Shown here: piece by piece, positions 31,139 through 40,689 of the stretch | Layout: every line of letters starts with the position of its first letter | Numbering within the stretch: the stretch's first letter is position 1 | Translations under genes and position numbers: made by a program | Assembly (NCBI GenBank): GCA_030059675.1 | Contig: JANVYQ010000005.1 | Coordinates: 32,001 to 96,000, forward strand | Direction: 5' to 3' | DNA from: Candidatus Pelearchaeum maunauluense | Lineage (GTDB): Archaea; Thermoproteota; Nitrososphaeria_A; Caldarchaeales; Caldarchaeaceae | Length of the DNA stretch: 64,000 bases | The notes under the pieces: generated by a model | Told to the model about the DNA's origin: nothing | Databases searched by the model: none | What the model saw: the letters and a program-made list of their open reading frames with translations, nothing else

Positions 31139-31890
31139 GGCTCTTCACCCGCCACAACTCTAACAGTCTCACCCGCCTTAATAACTATGCCCTTATCAGT
31201 AATCTCAAACGGATGTCTATGCATGGAATGTGATGTTCCACGCATTTTCCATACGATTATGCTCCGCGTCAGCTCGCCTTTAACCTCGTCTAGGTCAAGC
31301 CTAACTATGCCGTCAGCTGCGTGTTCCACGCCTGGGCCTCCGAAGCCGCGCTCGGTGACGCTCACTTGGGAGATTAGGAGCGATGTGCAGCCCATGCCTG
31401 AGAGTATCTTCTTAAGCTGGAGAACCATGCTGCGCGCGAGGGCTGGCTTCGTGATGTATAGAGTTGTAACCGAATCAACCACGGCGCGAACCGCCTTCAC
31501 GCCGTGTATAGCTTCGCGAAGCACATCTATCAGGAGCTGGAAATCGTCTGGTGAGCGTACAACGTAGCGCTCGCGGCGTGCTGCCTCTCCTATGCCTGCT
31601 GTGAAAGCATCAACAATAGCAAGCTTGCCCTCATTCTCAAAACGTGTAGTGTCCCAGCCGAATTGAGCCATGGACATCCTAACTTGGACTGGATGCTCTT
31701 CAAGCACTACAAGAACTCCAGACTCCCCCTTAAGGAGACCATTATAGAGATATTGCTGGCCGAAGATTGACTTTCCAGTCCCAGGGCCTCCTGAGAGTAG
31801 AACCACATTCCTCTTGGGAATCCCTCCCCGTAAAATCTCGTCAAAGCCTGGGATTCCCGTAGATATTCTATTCAGAGTCATGTAAAACAT
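31135..31890 (-). CDS. Single-domain KaiC/RAD55-like ATPase
   Basis: [16 protein letters not shown] (Walker A), [28 protein letters not shown]. Confidence 0.92.
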   Translation of the reverse strand: MFYMTLNRISTGIPGFDEILRGGIPKRNVVLLSGGPGTGKSIFGQQYLYNGLLKGESGVLVVLEEHPVQVRMSMAQFGWDTTRFENEGKLAIVDAFTAGIGEAARRERYVVRSPDDFQLLIDVLREAIHGVKAVRAVVDSVTTLYITKPALARSMVLQLKKILSGMGCTSLLISQVSVTERGFGGPGVEHAADGIVRLDLDEVKGELTRSIIVWKMRGTSHSMHRHPFEITDKGIVIKAGETVRVVAGEEP

Positions 31891-31942
31891 AATGTAGCAT
31901 TAGGTCTTAAACATTTTACTCCACTCTCCTCACAATAAGCGT

Positions 31943-34027
31943 TTAGTTCCCTCTGGCTATGTGTATGTTTAGATATTTGTCAATCTCGGCTCTCCATCCA
32001 ATAGGTATTATGGTGGTTGAGTCATATTGTTCTATGATTGCTGGCCCTTCTATCACGTTACCGCACTGGAGGCGGGAGCGGTCGTAGACTGGCGTCTCAA
32101 GCCAGCTATCTCCAAAGAAGGCTTGGCGCCTCTCTTTTAGCGCTTGGCTTTGGGGTTTCGCGCTGGCGGGAGGATGTTCTACCAGCTTGGGCTTGCTTGT
32201 CTGAACATACGCGACCACTCGTATTGCGGTGGTCTCCACAGGCTCCTCAGGCCTTGAGTAGCCGTACATAGCTTCATGTTTCTCGTGGAAGGCTGTTGTT
32301 AGTTTTCTTAGACCTGCGCGGGTTATCTCGCTGGGCGCTGGGACTAGAAGCTCATATCCTTGGCCGAGGTAGCGCATGTCAACGACTCGCGAGAGGATTA
32401 TCGCTTCGCGTTTGAAGCCCTTCTCTCCAAGCTGCTGTAGCACCATGCTCTCCAGCTCTCTGAAGGCGTTCTCAAGCTCGGCGTGGCTATCCCCGTCCAA
32501 GACGGTTAAGTGAGAAGATACATAGTCGTATCGGAAGTCGGTGAAGACCAGCCCATAGGCGGAGAAGAGGCCAGGCGATGATGGGATTACTATATGCGGT
32601 ATGTTTAGCTCCTCTGCCAGCTCTGCTACGTGCATAGGCCCAGCGCCGCCGAATGCTATCATGGCGAAGCGTGAGGGGTCTAGGCCGCGCTCAACGCTCA
32701 CCAGCCTTACTGCACGCGCCATGTGTAGGTTGAGGATCCTTAGCGAAGCCGCTGCAAGCTCGGCAATATCCATCCCAAGGCCGTCAGCGACCCTAGCTAG
32801 GGCGCGTTCAGCCAGGTCTCTCCGTAGCATAAGGCCGCCGTCCAACAGCTTCTCGCCAAGCCTCCCTACGATTAGGTTAGCATCAGTTATCGTCGGTTCT
32901 TTGCCGCCAGCACCATAGCAGGCTGGGCCTGGTGAGGCTCCAGCGCTTATCGGCCCGACCTCAAGCCCGCCTGCCTGTGTCATCCATATTATAGTTCCTC
33001 CCCCAGCGCTCACTTCAGCCAGGTCTATCGCTGGTGTTCTAACTGGGTAGCCGCTGCCCTTGATTAGCCTACCAGCGTGGGCTTTTCCGCCCAGCTCTAT
33101 CTCAGTTAAGACCTGTGGCTCGTGGCCTACTACTGCGCTGGCCTTAGCTGTTGTTCCACCCATGTCAAAGCTTAGAACCTGGCCAAGGCCGAGAACCCTT
33201 GAGAGAACAGCAGCACCAACCACACCAGCAGCAGGCCCAGACTCCACGGCCGCGACAGGTCGTTTAACAGCCTCATTAACGTCTAGCAGCCCGCCAGAGG
33301 AGGAGACGACATAAATAGGAGCAGAAACGCCTAGACGACGTAGCTCCTGTTGCAGCTTCTCCATATACTTGGAGACTACTGGCATGAGTATCGCATTGAC
33401 TACAGTGGTGCTGCAACGCTCATACTCGCGATGCTCTCTATCCACCTCATACGAGGCGCATACATACACACCCAACTCTCTACTAACAGCCTCACGAGCT
33501 AACCGTTCATGCTCTGGGTTTCTATAGGAATTCAGGAAGCATATAGCGACTGTCTCCACAGCATATCGCCCAGCTTCCCATATAGCGTTGTTTAGCGAGT
33601 TTGGGTTAATAGGCTTAACGATATTGCCGAAGGCATCTATGCGCTCCGCAACCTCTAGGCGTAGGTTCCTAGGTATTAGGGGGTCTGGCCGCTCAAAGAA
33701 GACGTTGTATAGTTCTGGCCTGTTTTGGCGGCCAATTTCAAGAACGTCGCGCATTCCCTCCGTGGTTATAAGTGCTGCGCGGGGGAGGCTCAGCTTGAGC
33801 TGGCCTCTAAAGAGGTTGGCTCCCACAGTCCCCACGTGGAGAAAGACCGAAATCTCCCTGGCTTCTACACCCTTAGACAGAAGAGCCTCCAAAGCCCGAA
33901 TAACACCAACTTCAGGCTGTTCAGGAGTTGATGAAACCTTTAGAACAATGAACTCGCGGCTACGCTCATCATACGCCACCAAGTCGGTGAAGGTTCCGCC
34001 CACATCAACAGCAACTCTAATGGACAT
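31943..34027 (-). CDS. Hydantoinase A/5-oxoprolinase subunit
   Basis: DVGGTFTD, REYER..TT..NA, ESGPAAG, DMGGTT, SAGA.PGPACYG, FGGAGP.H, GPAIIEQ..ST. Confidence 0.93.
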   Translation of the reverse strand: MSIRVAVDVGGTFTDLVAYDERSREFIVLKVSSTPEQPEVGVIRALEALLSKGVEAREISVFLHVGTVGANLFRGQLKLSLPRAALITTEGMRDVLEIGRQNRPELYNVFFERPDPLIPRNLRLEVAERIDAFGNIVKPINPNSLNNAIWEAGRYAVETVAICFLNSYRNPEHERLAREAVSRELGVYVCASYEVDREHREYERCSTTVVNAILMPVVSKYMEKLQQELRRLGVSAPIYVVSSSGGLLDVNEAVKRPVAAVESGPAAGVVGAAVLSRVLGLGQVLSFDMGGTTAKASAVVGHEPQVLTEIELGGKAHAGRLIKGSGYPVRTPAIDLAEVSAGGGTIIWMTQAGGLEVGPISAGASPGPACYGAGGKEPTITDANLIVGRLGEKLLDGGLMLRRDLAERALARVADGLGMDIAELAAASLRILNLHMARAVRLVSVERGLDPSRFAMIAFGGAGPMHVAELAEELNIPHIVIPSSPGLFSAYGLVFTDFRYDYVSSHLTVLDGDSHAELENAFRELESMVLQQLGEKGFKREAIILSRVVDMRYLGQGYELLVPAPSEITRAGLRKLTTAFHEKHEAMYGYSRPEEPVETTAIRVVAYVQTSKPKLVEHPPASAKPQSQALKERRQAFFGDSWLETPVYDRSRLQCGNVIEGPAIIEQYDSTTIIPIGWRAEIDKYLNIHIARGN

Positions 34028-34132
34028 GAACTAGAGAAGAACTAGAATAAACCCAACTCATAGATGTTTATTCTCTTTGAATATTAAGCACTTAATAACC
34101 GCAGGCAGGGATAGGGCTCTGGAAGTCGGGGG

Positions 34133-34993
34133 TTGCGTAGCCAGCTTGCCGTTTCATCACTCATAGTCTTCGGCGTAATACTCGTAGCATTCAGCCTCTT
34201 CAGATTCCCATACACCGTAATAGAGAACGAGACAGTCATAATACAGGCCTCAACAACCACCACAATACTACAGCCATACACCTACGCGACAACACTAGAG
34301 CTAATAGAGCAGCGGCCAGCCACCACAACAATAACAACGACAATAACAGCCAAGAATCTGATAACAACTACAACAATAGCTACAATATCTTCAGCGCTCT
34401 TCTCAAGCTCCGAGGCTGTAGCAAGCTCTACAACACCGCTCATAATAGGGCCATTTATGATAGATGCTGGCCGCGAGCTGCATGTGAGGTGGCGAGCAGA
34501 GGCGCTGGTCTCGCTTTACCTGCTCAACTACTCGCAGCTCCCTATTGAGGGGAAGCCAGAGAGCTGGCTAGCAGCAGCCACAGGAGGCGGTGGAGAGATA
34601 ACACTACAAACAACACAAGAATCCCCAATCTACCTCCTCATATACGGAAGCAACACAATAACAAGAATCAACGAGCTAAGAATCCACCTAACATGGATAG
34701 AAAACACCACCACAACACAGATAAAAACAGAGCAAAAACCAACAACAATAACAAAAACAACAACACAGACAACTACACTATACATGGAAAAGCAGGTAAC
34801 AACCACATTAACAGAGACCTCTAAGAAATTCTATACAACAACCACAGCGATAACGGTTACGGAGACCCGCTACTCAAGCCTAAACTTCGCAATAGTAATG
34901 GGCTCATTCCTGATATTCGCGGGCATAATGTTTATGCTGATATTGAGCCGACGTGTGGTGCAGGCTGAGATGTCTGAGAACCAAAAACAATAA
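34133..34993 (+). CDS. Thr-rich membrane-anchored surface protein
   Basis: Hydrophobic N- and C-terminal segments; two poly-Thr stalks flanking a short globular region. Confidence 0.65.
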   Translation: MRSQLAVSSLIVFGVILVAFSLFRFPYTVIENETVIIQASTTTTILQPYTYATTLELIEQRPATTTITTTITAKNLITTTTIATISSALFSSSEAVASSTTPLIIGPFMIDAGRELHVRWRAEALVSLYLLNYSQLPIEGKPESWLAAATGGGGEITLQTTQESPIYLLIYGSNTITRINELRIHLTWIENTTTTQIKTEQKPTTITKTTTQTTTLYMEKQVTTTLTETSKKFYTTTTAITVTETRYSSLNFAIVMGSFLIFAGIMFMLILSRRVVQAEMSENQKQ

Positions 34994-35150
34994 GTAAACG
35001 CTCAAAGTAACACGAAACTACCAGATAACAATACCGCAGAATTTAGACGGTTAGCTGCTATCAAGTGCGGAGTAGGTATCATGCCGCCATAGTCTTAGCT
35101 TTGAGTGATTTTTATTAACTGGTTGATGTGTCTATTTTTGTTGGTGGGGC

Positions 35151-35585
35151 TTGGTGGAGCAGACGCAGCAGAGGCGCATAAGGATTCTCGTCGCCAAGCC
35201 TGGGCTTGACGGCCACGATAGAGGGGCTCTTGTCTTAGTGAGGGCATTCAGAGACGCGGGAATGGAAGTTATATACACAGGTCTCTTCGCGACTCCTGAG
35301 CAGATAGCCCAAACAGCCGTTGACGAAGATGTGGATGTAGTAGCGCTCAGCCACCTAAACGCAGCTCATATGACGCTCTTCCCAAAGGTGGTGGAGGAGC
35401 TGAAGAAACGCGGAGGCGAGAACATAGTAGTGGTGGGGGGAGGGATAATACCGCCCGAAGACGCGGAGATACTAGAGAAGAAATACGGCATAACAGGAAA
35501 CTTTGGCCCAGGAACACCGCTCAAAACAATCATAGACCACATAGTAGAGCGCGTAAAGCGCGAAAGATGGGGAATAAAGGAATAA
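35151..35585 (+). CDS. Methylmalonyl-CoA mutase small (cobalamin-binding) subunit
   Basis: AKPGLDGHDRGA (DxHxxG B12 motif), GMEVIYTG, VVVGGGIIP.ED, FGPGT. Confidence 0.93.
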   Translation: MVEQTQQRRIRILVAKPGLDGHDRGALVLVRAFRDAGMEVIYTGLFATPEQIAQTAVDEDVDVVALSHLNAAHMTLFPKVVEELKKRGGENIVVVGGGIIPPEDAEILEKKYGITGNFGPGTPLKTIIDHIVERVKRERWGIKE

Positions 35586-35709
35586 TACTCACCATACCAT
35601 CCCTCTCAGTCAAGCGTTACCTCATTACGACATGCTAGGTTTATGATACGAAAGTAGCAAAATCCCCAGAAACCTAAACAACAATACCCGAGAAGATAAA
35701 TAACGATAG

Positions 35710-35849
35710 CGCCGGGGGGCGGATTCGAACCGCCGACCAACGGGTCGCTGTAGAGGGCCTTCCGCAGGGTGGTGAGTTAGTGTTATATGCTGTGTTTGGC
35801 TGGGGTCTCCTTAACAGCCCGCTGCTCTACCGAGCTGAGCTACCCCGGC
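35710..35849 (-). tRNA. tRNA-Asn(GTT) with a 66-nt intron at 37/38 (intron 35811-35746)
   Basis: Cloverleaf: GCCGGGG acceptor, GCGGG-CT-GTT-A^A-CCCGT anticodon arm, GGTTCGAATCC T-loop; canonical bulge-helix-bulge (CTGT/ACAG helix); no encoded CCA. Confidence 0.93.
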
Positions 35850-35882
35850 TTGGCGTTATTTTTCCTGTCTGATTAATTAACC

Positions 35883-37286
35883 TTAGCGGCTTGTGTATTT
35901 CTTGGCAGCGGCTAGTATTTTTTCTGCTCTTTTCCTGTTGGCGGCTAGGTGTAGGTGCGTGTATTGGGCCTGGGTTTGGTGTATCATCCAGCCGTCCATC
36001 CCATTCACTATCCCTCTGCCATGTATCATCTTATAAGCGAACCTTGCATCTCTTGGGACATCCTCTATAACCGAGAAGTGGAATTCATGGCCTCTTATCT
36101 TCTCGTCAATCTCTGATACTAGGTTGTCTCTTATGGTGTTGGCTAGGGTATAGTTCAGTGTGAGCTGTCTGGTCATGCGTGTATCAGCATCTAAAACACC
36201 AACCATCCTATACTTGTTATCATCAAAGTCTATTATCGTGCGTGTAAGATACATTAAGCCACCGCATTCGCAGTAAATGGGCATCTCATCCTCAACAGCC
36301 TTCTTCAAAGCGTTAATCATGCTCCAGTTCTCTGAGAGTTGTTTAGCGAAGCTCTCTGGAAATCCACCTCCCATGTATATAAATGCGGTGTCCTTAGGGA
36401 GGATGTTATCGTGGATTGGGCTGAAGAAAATCAGCCTAGCTCCCAGCTCTTCTAGAAGCATTAGAGAATCCCAGTAGTAGAAGTTGAATGCCTCATCATA
36501 CGCCACAGCTATGCATGGACGCCCTTCATCATCAACTATCCTTTCTTTCCTGATTCTGGCCATGCTGGATAAACGCGGTGCTCCTTTCGCTATTTCCAAC
36601 ACTGCGTCAAGGTTTATGTGCTCCTCAATGAATAGAGCAATAGCGTCAAGTTTTTCCTGAATTTCTTCCCGTTCATGCGTCGGTATTAGGCCGAGGTGTC
36701 TTTCTGGTAATGCTATGTCTGGATTGTATGGTAGGGCTCCTACTATGCGTGTCTTTGTAAAGCGTTTAATTGCTTCACTACACCATTTTGCGTGTTTTTC
36801 CCCTGCTACCTTGTTTAGTATTACTCCCTCTATGCTAAGTCCTTTGCCAAGAGATTTAGCGCCCCTAACTACCGCTGCCGCGCTCCCAGCCATGCGCGAG
36901 ACATCAACAACAAGCAGCACAGGAGCTTTGAGGAGTCGTGCAATCTCGGCGGTGCTTGCAGTGTGGCTTCTCCCGCTTAGCCCATCAAAAAGCCCCATAA
37001 CCCCCTCAATTACAGCAACATCAGCATCAAGCATAACATGCTTGAACAGGCTGACAACCCTGCTTTTACTCAGCAACCATGTATCTAGGTTTCTGGACGG
37101 CCTGCCTGTTGCCGCCATGTGGTAGCTGGGGTCTATGAAGTCTGGCCCGACTTTAAAGCCCTGCACTTTGAGGCCGCGTCTCTTTAGGGCGGCCATCAGG
37201 CCGGCCGCTATTGTTGTCTTGCCTACGCCGCTCTCTATCCCTGCTACGACCACGCGGGGTGCTCTTATATTGGATATGCGCCGCAC
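35883..37286 (-). CDS. cbiA: Cobyrinate a,c-diamide synthase (CbiA/CobB)
   Basis: SGVGKTT, FKVGPDFIDP, IEGVMGLFDG, PERHLGL, D.AFNFYY, GGGFPE, ECGGLMYL, GHEFH. Confidence 0.93.
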   Translation of the reverse strand: MRRISNIRAPRVVVAGIESGVGKTTIAAGLMAALKRRGLKVQGFKVGPDFIDPSYHMAATGRPSRNLDTWLLSKSRVVSLFKHVMLDADVAVIEGVMGLFDGLSGRSHTASTAEIARLLKAPVLLVVDVSRMAGSAAAVVRGAKSLGKGLSIEGVILNKVAGEKHAKWCSEAIKRFTKTRIVGALPYNPDIALPERHLGLIPTHEREEIQEKLDAIALFIEEHINLDAVLEIAKGAPRLSSMARIRKERIVDDEGRPCIAVAYDEAFNFYYWDSLMLLEELGARLIFFSPIHDNILPKDTAFIYMGGGFPESFAKQLSENWSMINALKKAVEDEMPIYCECGGLMYLTRTIIDFDDNKYRMVGVLDADTRMTRQLTLNYTLANTIRDNLVSEIDEKIRGHEFHFSVIEDVPRDARFAYKMIHGRGIVNGMDGWMIHQTQAQYTHLHLAANRKRAEKILAAAKKYTSR

Positions 37287-38254
37287 ACCCGACAGTAGTT
37301 CGCCCCTTCCCTGAGATGCGTCATGCAGTCTGGGCAGGTCTTCTCGCCCTCGCCCATCCTACGCGGAACGCCCACGACCTGCCTGAACACGCGGTAATAA
37401 AGCAGCCCTTCGCGACTCCTTATAACAACACCATCATCCTCAAAGAACTTCATCTTCATGGCCTCATACTCCTCATCGGTTATGAGCGATGTAATCTCTG
37501 AGAGAACTTCATTCACTCCAGAGCCAGCGCCTATGTGAAGCTTAGAGCGCCAAAGAAGACGGCTAGGGAGTATGCCCTCATAAGCCTTCCTAAGTATCCA
37601 CTTACCCCAAACTATGCCCCGTTCCTCACGCACCTTAAGGCTACTGTCAATCTGCATGGCCATGTTCATGAACTGCTCATCCAAGTAAGGTAGTCTAGCG
37701 TTAATCCCAAGCGACGCGGCTAGGGGTCTGGAAGAGAAGCTCATGACCTTCCAGGTTCTCTGGAGAGCCTGTTCAAGCTCATCTCGCGGTAGCTTATAGT
37801 AGAATGTGTAGCCAGCGAAGAGCTCGTCGGCTCCGTCCCCAGTCATTACGGCGTCAAACCCGCGTTGCTTAGCTTCTATCAACCCAAGGTAAGCGGCTAT
37901 GCTACCGTTAATCTCCATCGGGTCGTAGCTCCTAACAACCCTGATTACATCGGGCAAAACCCGGAGTATTTCATCCTCGGTCGGCGTAACTACTACATGC
38001 TTAATGCCATACTGGGATGCTACAATCTTAGCATACTCTAGGTCTTCATGAACGCTTCCCGCAGCTACGGTTATGCCGGTGAGGCTGGTATAGCGTGAAG
38101 CAACCGCAGCTAGGATTGAGGTATCCAAACCGCCTGAGAGGAGAAGGCAATCGGCCAAGTTTCGCTTAACTGCCAAGTCCAGCAGGTTGCGTAAGTTAAT
38201 GCAAATAGGCTCAATATCCTCCTGCGCTACCTCCCCTACACCACTTCCCTCCAC
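37265..38254 (-). CDS. Asparagine synthase C-terminal (ATP pyrophosphatase) domain protein without a glutaminase domain, with a C-terminal Zn ribbon
   Basis: LLSGGLDTS PP-loop, TGDGADELFAGY, RLPYLD, GKWILRKA; CPDC..CRVCG tail. Confidence 0.85.
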   Translation of the reverse strand: MEGSGVGEVAQEDIEPICINLRNLLDLAVKRNLADCLLLSGGLDTSILAAVASRYTSLTGITVAAGSVHEDLEYAKIVASQYGIKHVVVTPTEDEILRVLPDVIRVVRSYDPMEINGSIAAYLGLIEAKQRGFDAVMTGDGADELFAGYTFYYKLPRDELEQALQRTWKVMSFSSRPLAASLGINARLPYLDEQFMNMAMQIDSSLKVREERGIVWGKWILRKAYEGILPSRLLWRSKLHIGAGSGVNEVLSEITSLITDEEYEAMKMKFFEDDGVVIRSREGLLYYRVFRQVVGVPRRMGEGEKTCPDCMTHLREGANYCRVCGAYPI

Positions 38255-38363
38255 GCGGAGCCGCGTCTATCGCTTATCTAATAAAAATTTTGGTTAGAAT
38301 ACCTGCCTGTATTTTCGGATTTAGCGGTTTTGTAAGGTGTTTGGGCTGGATGCTTGATGAAGG

Positions 38364-38399
38364 TTTATAAATAAGTTGGTTGGATTATCCATCCAACTT
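38364..38399 (+). promoter_or_regulatory. TATA box followed by a 27-bp imperfect palindrome (candidate operator)
   Basis: TTTATAAA at 38364-38371, then AAGTTGGTTGGATTATCCATCCAACTT at 38373-38399. Confidence 0.65.
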
Positions 38400-38414
38400 T
38401 TCTGGGGGATAAAA

Positions 38415-39668
38415 ATGACAAACTCCATACAACCTGTAAAAAAACCAGCCATACTGGCTGTGTTCGGTCTTATCATAGGCCTAGTGCTGGGCCTAGCCAT
38501 CGGGCCGCTTGTCCAACAAGCTGAGACAACCACAGTTGTAACGACGGCCTATCAGACAGTAGAGAGAACTACTACGCTCACAGAAACGCGTGTAACAACT
38601 ATTACAGAAACCGTTGAGATTTTGGAGAAACGCCAGCTCCCGCCGCTTAAGCTGGAGATAAAATACGCGAAGCTGTTTGATGTTACGTTCTATGATGGCT
38701 ATAAGGTTGTGCGCGATGCGCTCAATAGAACATTAATCTTGGTACCGCGTGGTGCTGAGCCGCCGCAGGATGTGGAGGGTGTAGTAATCTACACACCCGT
38801 GGAGCGGGTAGTTCTTCTCAGCGCAACCCACGTTGCTCTGCTAGAAAGACTGAAAGAACTCAAGCCCGATATATTGGGCAGTGTGGTTGGAATAGCTTGG
38901 GGAGGAAGCTATGAGTGGTATTTCCAAGATGTGAAGAAGGCTCTTGAGGAAGGCTCTATCAAGGATGTGGGCGCTGCGTGGTCGCCTAACCTTGAGGAGA
39001 TAGTAGCCCTCAAACCTGACCTGATGGTGATCTACACATTCCCAGGCGATACCCTGCCTGGGAAGCTTGACGAGCTGGGAATACCATATGTAGTTGATAA
39101 TGAGTGGCTGGAGAACCATCCACTGGGAAGATTTGAGTGGATTAAATTCATAGCAACATTCTACGACCTGGATTATGAAGCTGCGCAGATATTCGCAAAT
39201 GTTGAGGAAACGGTAAAGGAGTTAAGAGAGCTGGTCAGCGGGTCAGCCGCGCCTCGTGTGGCTTGGTTCAGCGTGTATAAGGGAACAGTATATGCAAGCG
39301 GTGGCCGCTCATACGTGGTTGTAGCCCTAAAGGAGCTGGGCGCAGACTATATCTTCAGCGACACAACAGCGACAGGCAGCGTGACGCCAACTATGGAGGA
39401 GCTAGTATCACGCGCAGCAGATGCGGATGTCATAGTCTATGCATCAGACATCATAGCGAGTATTGAAGACCTTCTGAAAGAGGTTCCTGGCCTTGCTGAT
39501 TCAAAGGCGGTGAAGGAAGGCCGTGTCTATATCTTCTCCAAGACTTATTGGCAGCTTGGCTTTGCCTATACTGAAGAATGGTACCGCGACTTGGCTGCTA
39601 TACTATACCCTGAGCTTTTCCCAGACTACGAGCCGCAGTTCTTCATAAGGCTTGCCAGCGGTGGGTGA
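38415..39668 (+). CDS. ABC transporter substrate-binding protein, Fe-siderophore/cobalamin (class III) family
   Basis: N-terminal TM plus Thr-rich linker; IKYAKLF, PVERVV..S.T, E.IVALKPDL, E.HPLGR.EWIK. Confidence 0.85.
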   Translation: MTNSIQPVKKPAILAVFGLIIGLVLGLAIGPLVQQAETTTVVTTAYQTVERTTTLTETRVTTITETVEILEKRQLPPLKLEIKYAKLFDVTFYDGYKVVRDALNRTLILVPRGAEPPQDVEGVVIYTPVERVVLLSATHVALLERLKELKPDILGSVVGIAWGGSYEWYFQDVKKALEEGSIKDVGAAWSPNLEEIVALKPDLMVIYTFPGDTLPGKLDELGIPYVVDNEWLENHPLGRFEWIKFIATFYDLDYEAAQIFANVEETVKELRELVSGSAAPRVAWFSVYKGTVYASGGRSYVVVALKELGADYIFSDTTATGSVTPTMEELVSRAADADVIVYASDIIASIEDLLKEVPGLADSKAVKEGRVYIFSKTYWQLGFAYTEEWYRDLAAILYPELFPDYEPQFFIRLASGG

Positions 39669-40689
39669 TGTGGCCGCGCAGCCGCGTATCTTAATGCTCT
39701 TTACAACATTCCTGCTAGCCCAGCCCCTTACCATCTTATTCTCAGTCTCCATAGGTAGTTTGGCAATACCCTTCAATAGCGTTATTGATGCGCTGGTTAA
39801 CGGCTTTAGAGGAGATGATATAGTCTCAACCGTAATATGGAGTATACGGCTTCCACGTACTATAACCGCCGCTCTAGGAGGCGCTGGCCTGGCCGTCGCA
39901 GGAGTTATGCTACAAGTATTCTTCCGCAACCCGCTGGCAGACCCGTATATACTCGGAATAGCTTCAGGCTCTTCGCTCTTCGTAGCATTAGCCATACTAG
40001 CGGGATTCACCTTCGGCATAGTAGCGTCGCCATACGACCCGTATTTCCTCTTCACTGCCAGCTTCCTAGGCGCTGCCGCCGTGTCAGCGCTGATAATAAC
40101 ACTTTCAAGCATTGTCAGGAGCGTAATCACCCTATTAGTGGCTGGCCTTATGATAGGCTATTTAGCGTCTGCCCTAACTAGCATACTACAATATCTGGCC
40201 GACATAGAGCGCGTACGCGCGTTCATCTTCTGGGTGTTGGGAAGTTTCGCAGGCGCTAAGTGGATACATATAACTCCCATGACTGTAGCTGTTCTCGCGG
40301 GAGTTACGGCGTCTCTATTCTTAGCTAAACCGTTCAACGCTTTATTGTTGAGCGATGACTATGCGAGGAGCCTGGGGGTGCGTATAAGGTTTGTGAGGCT
40401 GTCGGCAATAGCCATCACGGCTCTACTCACATCAAGCGTCACAGTTGTAGCAGGCCCCATAGGATTTGTGGGGCTTGCTGTCCCCTACTTAGCTAGGCTG
40501 GCCGCCCAAAGCTCGGATAATAGGCTACTCATACCCCTCTCCGCCCTCCTAGGCTCAACAGTAACGGTAGCCGCGGACATGGCCGCGCGCACATTACTCT
40601 CACCTATAGAGCTGCCCGTAAGCGCAATAACAGCCCTATTCGGTGTTCCTATAGTAATCATGCTTCTAATTAGGAGGGGCTCTCTATAA
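39652..40689 (+). CDS. FecCD/BtuC family ABC permease
   Basis: IRLPR, Q..FRNPLADPYILGI.SG, GPIGFVGL.VP, ELPV..IT.L.G.P. Confidence 0.92.
   Translation: MPAVGDVAAQPRILMLFTTFLLAQPLTILFSVSIGSLAIPFNSVIDALVNGFRGDDIVSTVIWSIRLPRTITAALGGAGLAVAGVMLQVFFRNPLADPYILGIASGSSLFVALAILAGFTFGIVASPYDPYFLFTASFLGAAAVSALIITLSSIVRSVITLLVAGLMIGYLASALTSILQYLADIERVRAFIFWVLGSFAGAKWIHITPMTVAVLAGVTASLFLAKPFNALLLSDDYARSLGVRIRFVRLSAIAITALLTSSVTVVAGPIGFVGLAVPYLARLAAQSSDNRLLIPLSALLGSTVTVAADMAARTLLSPIELPVSAITALFGVPIVIMLLIRRGSL

Noticed and set aside
31135-31890. Circadian clock KaiC
   Set aside because: Single-domain archaeal KaiC-like ATPase; no kaiA or kaiB in the window
38255-38414. Cobalamin riboswitch upstream of the ABC operon
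   Set aside because: No recognisable B12-box motifs, and the TATA box lies too close to the start codon to leave room
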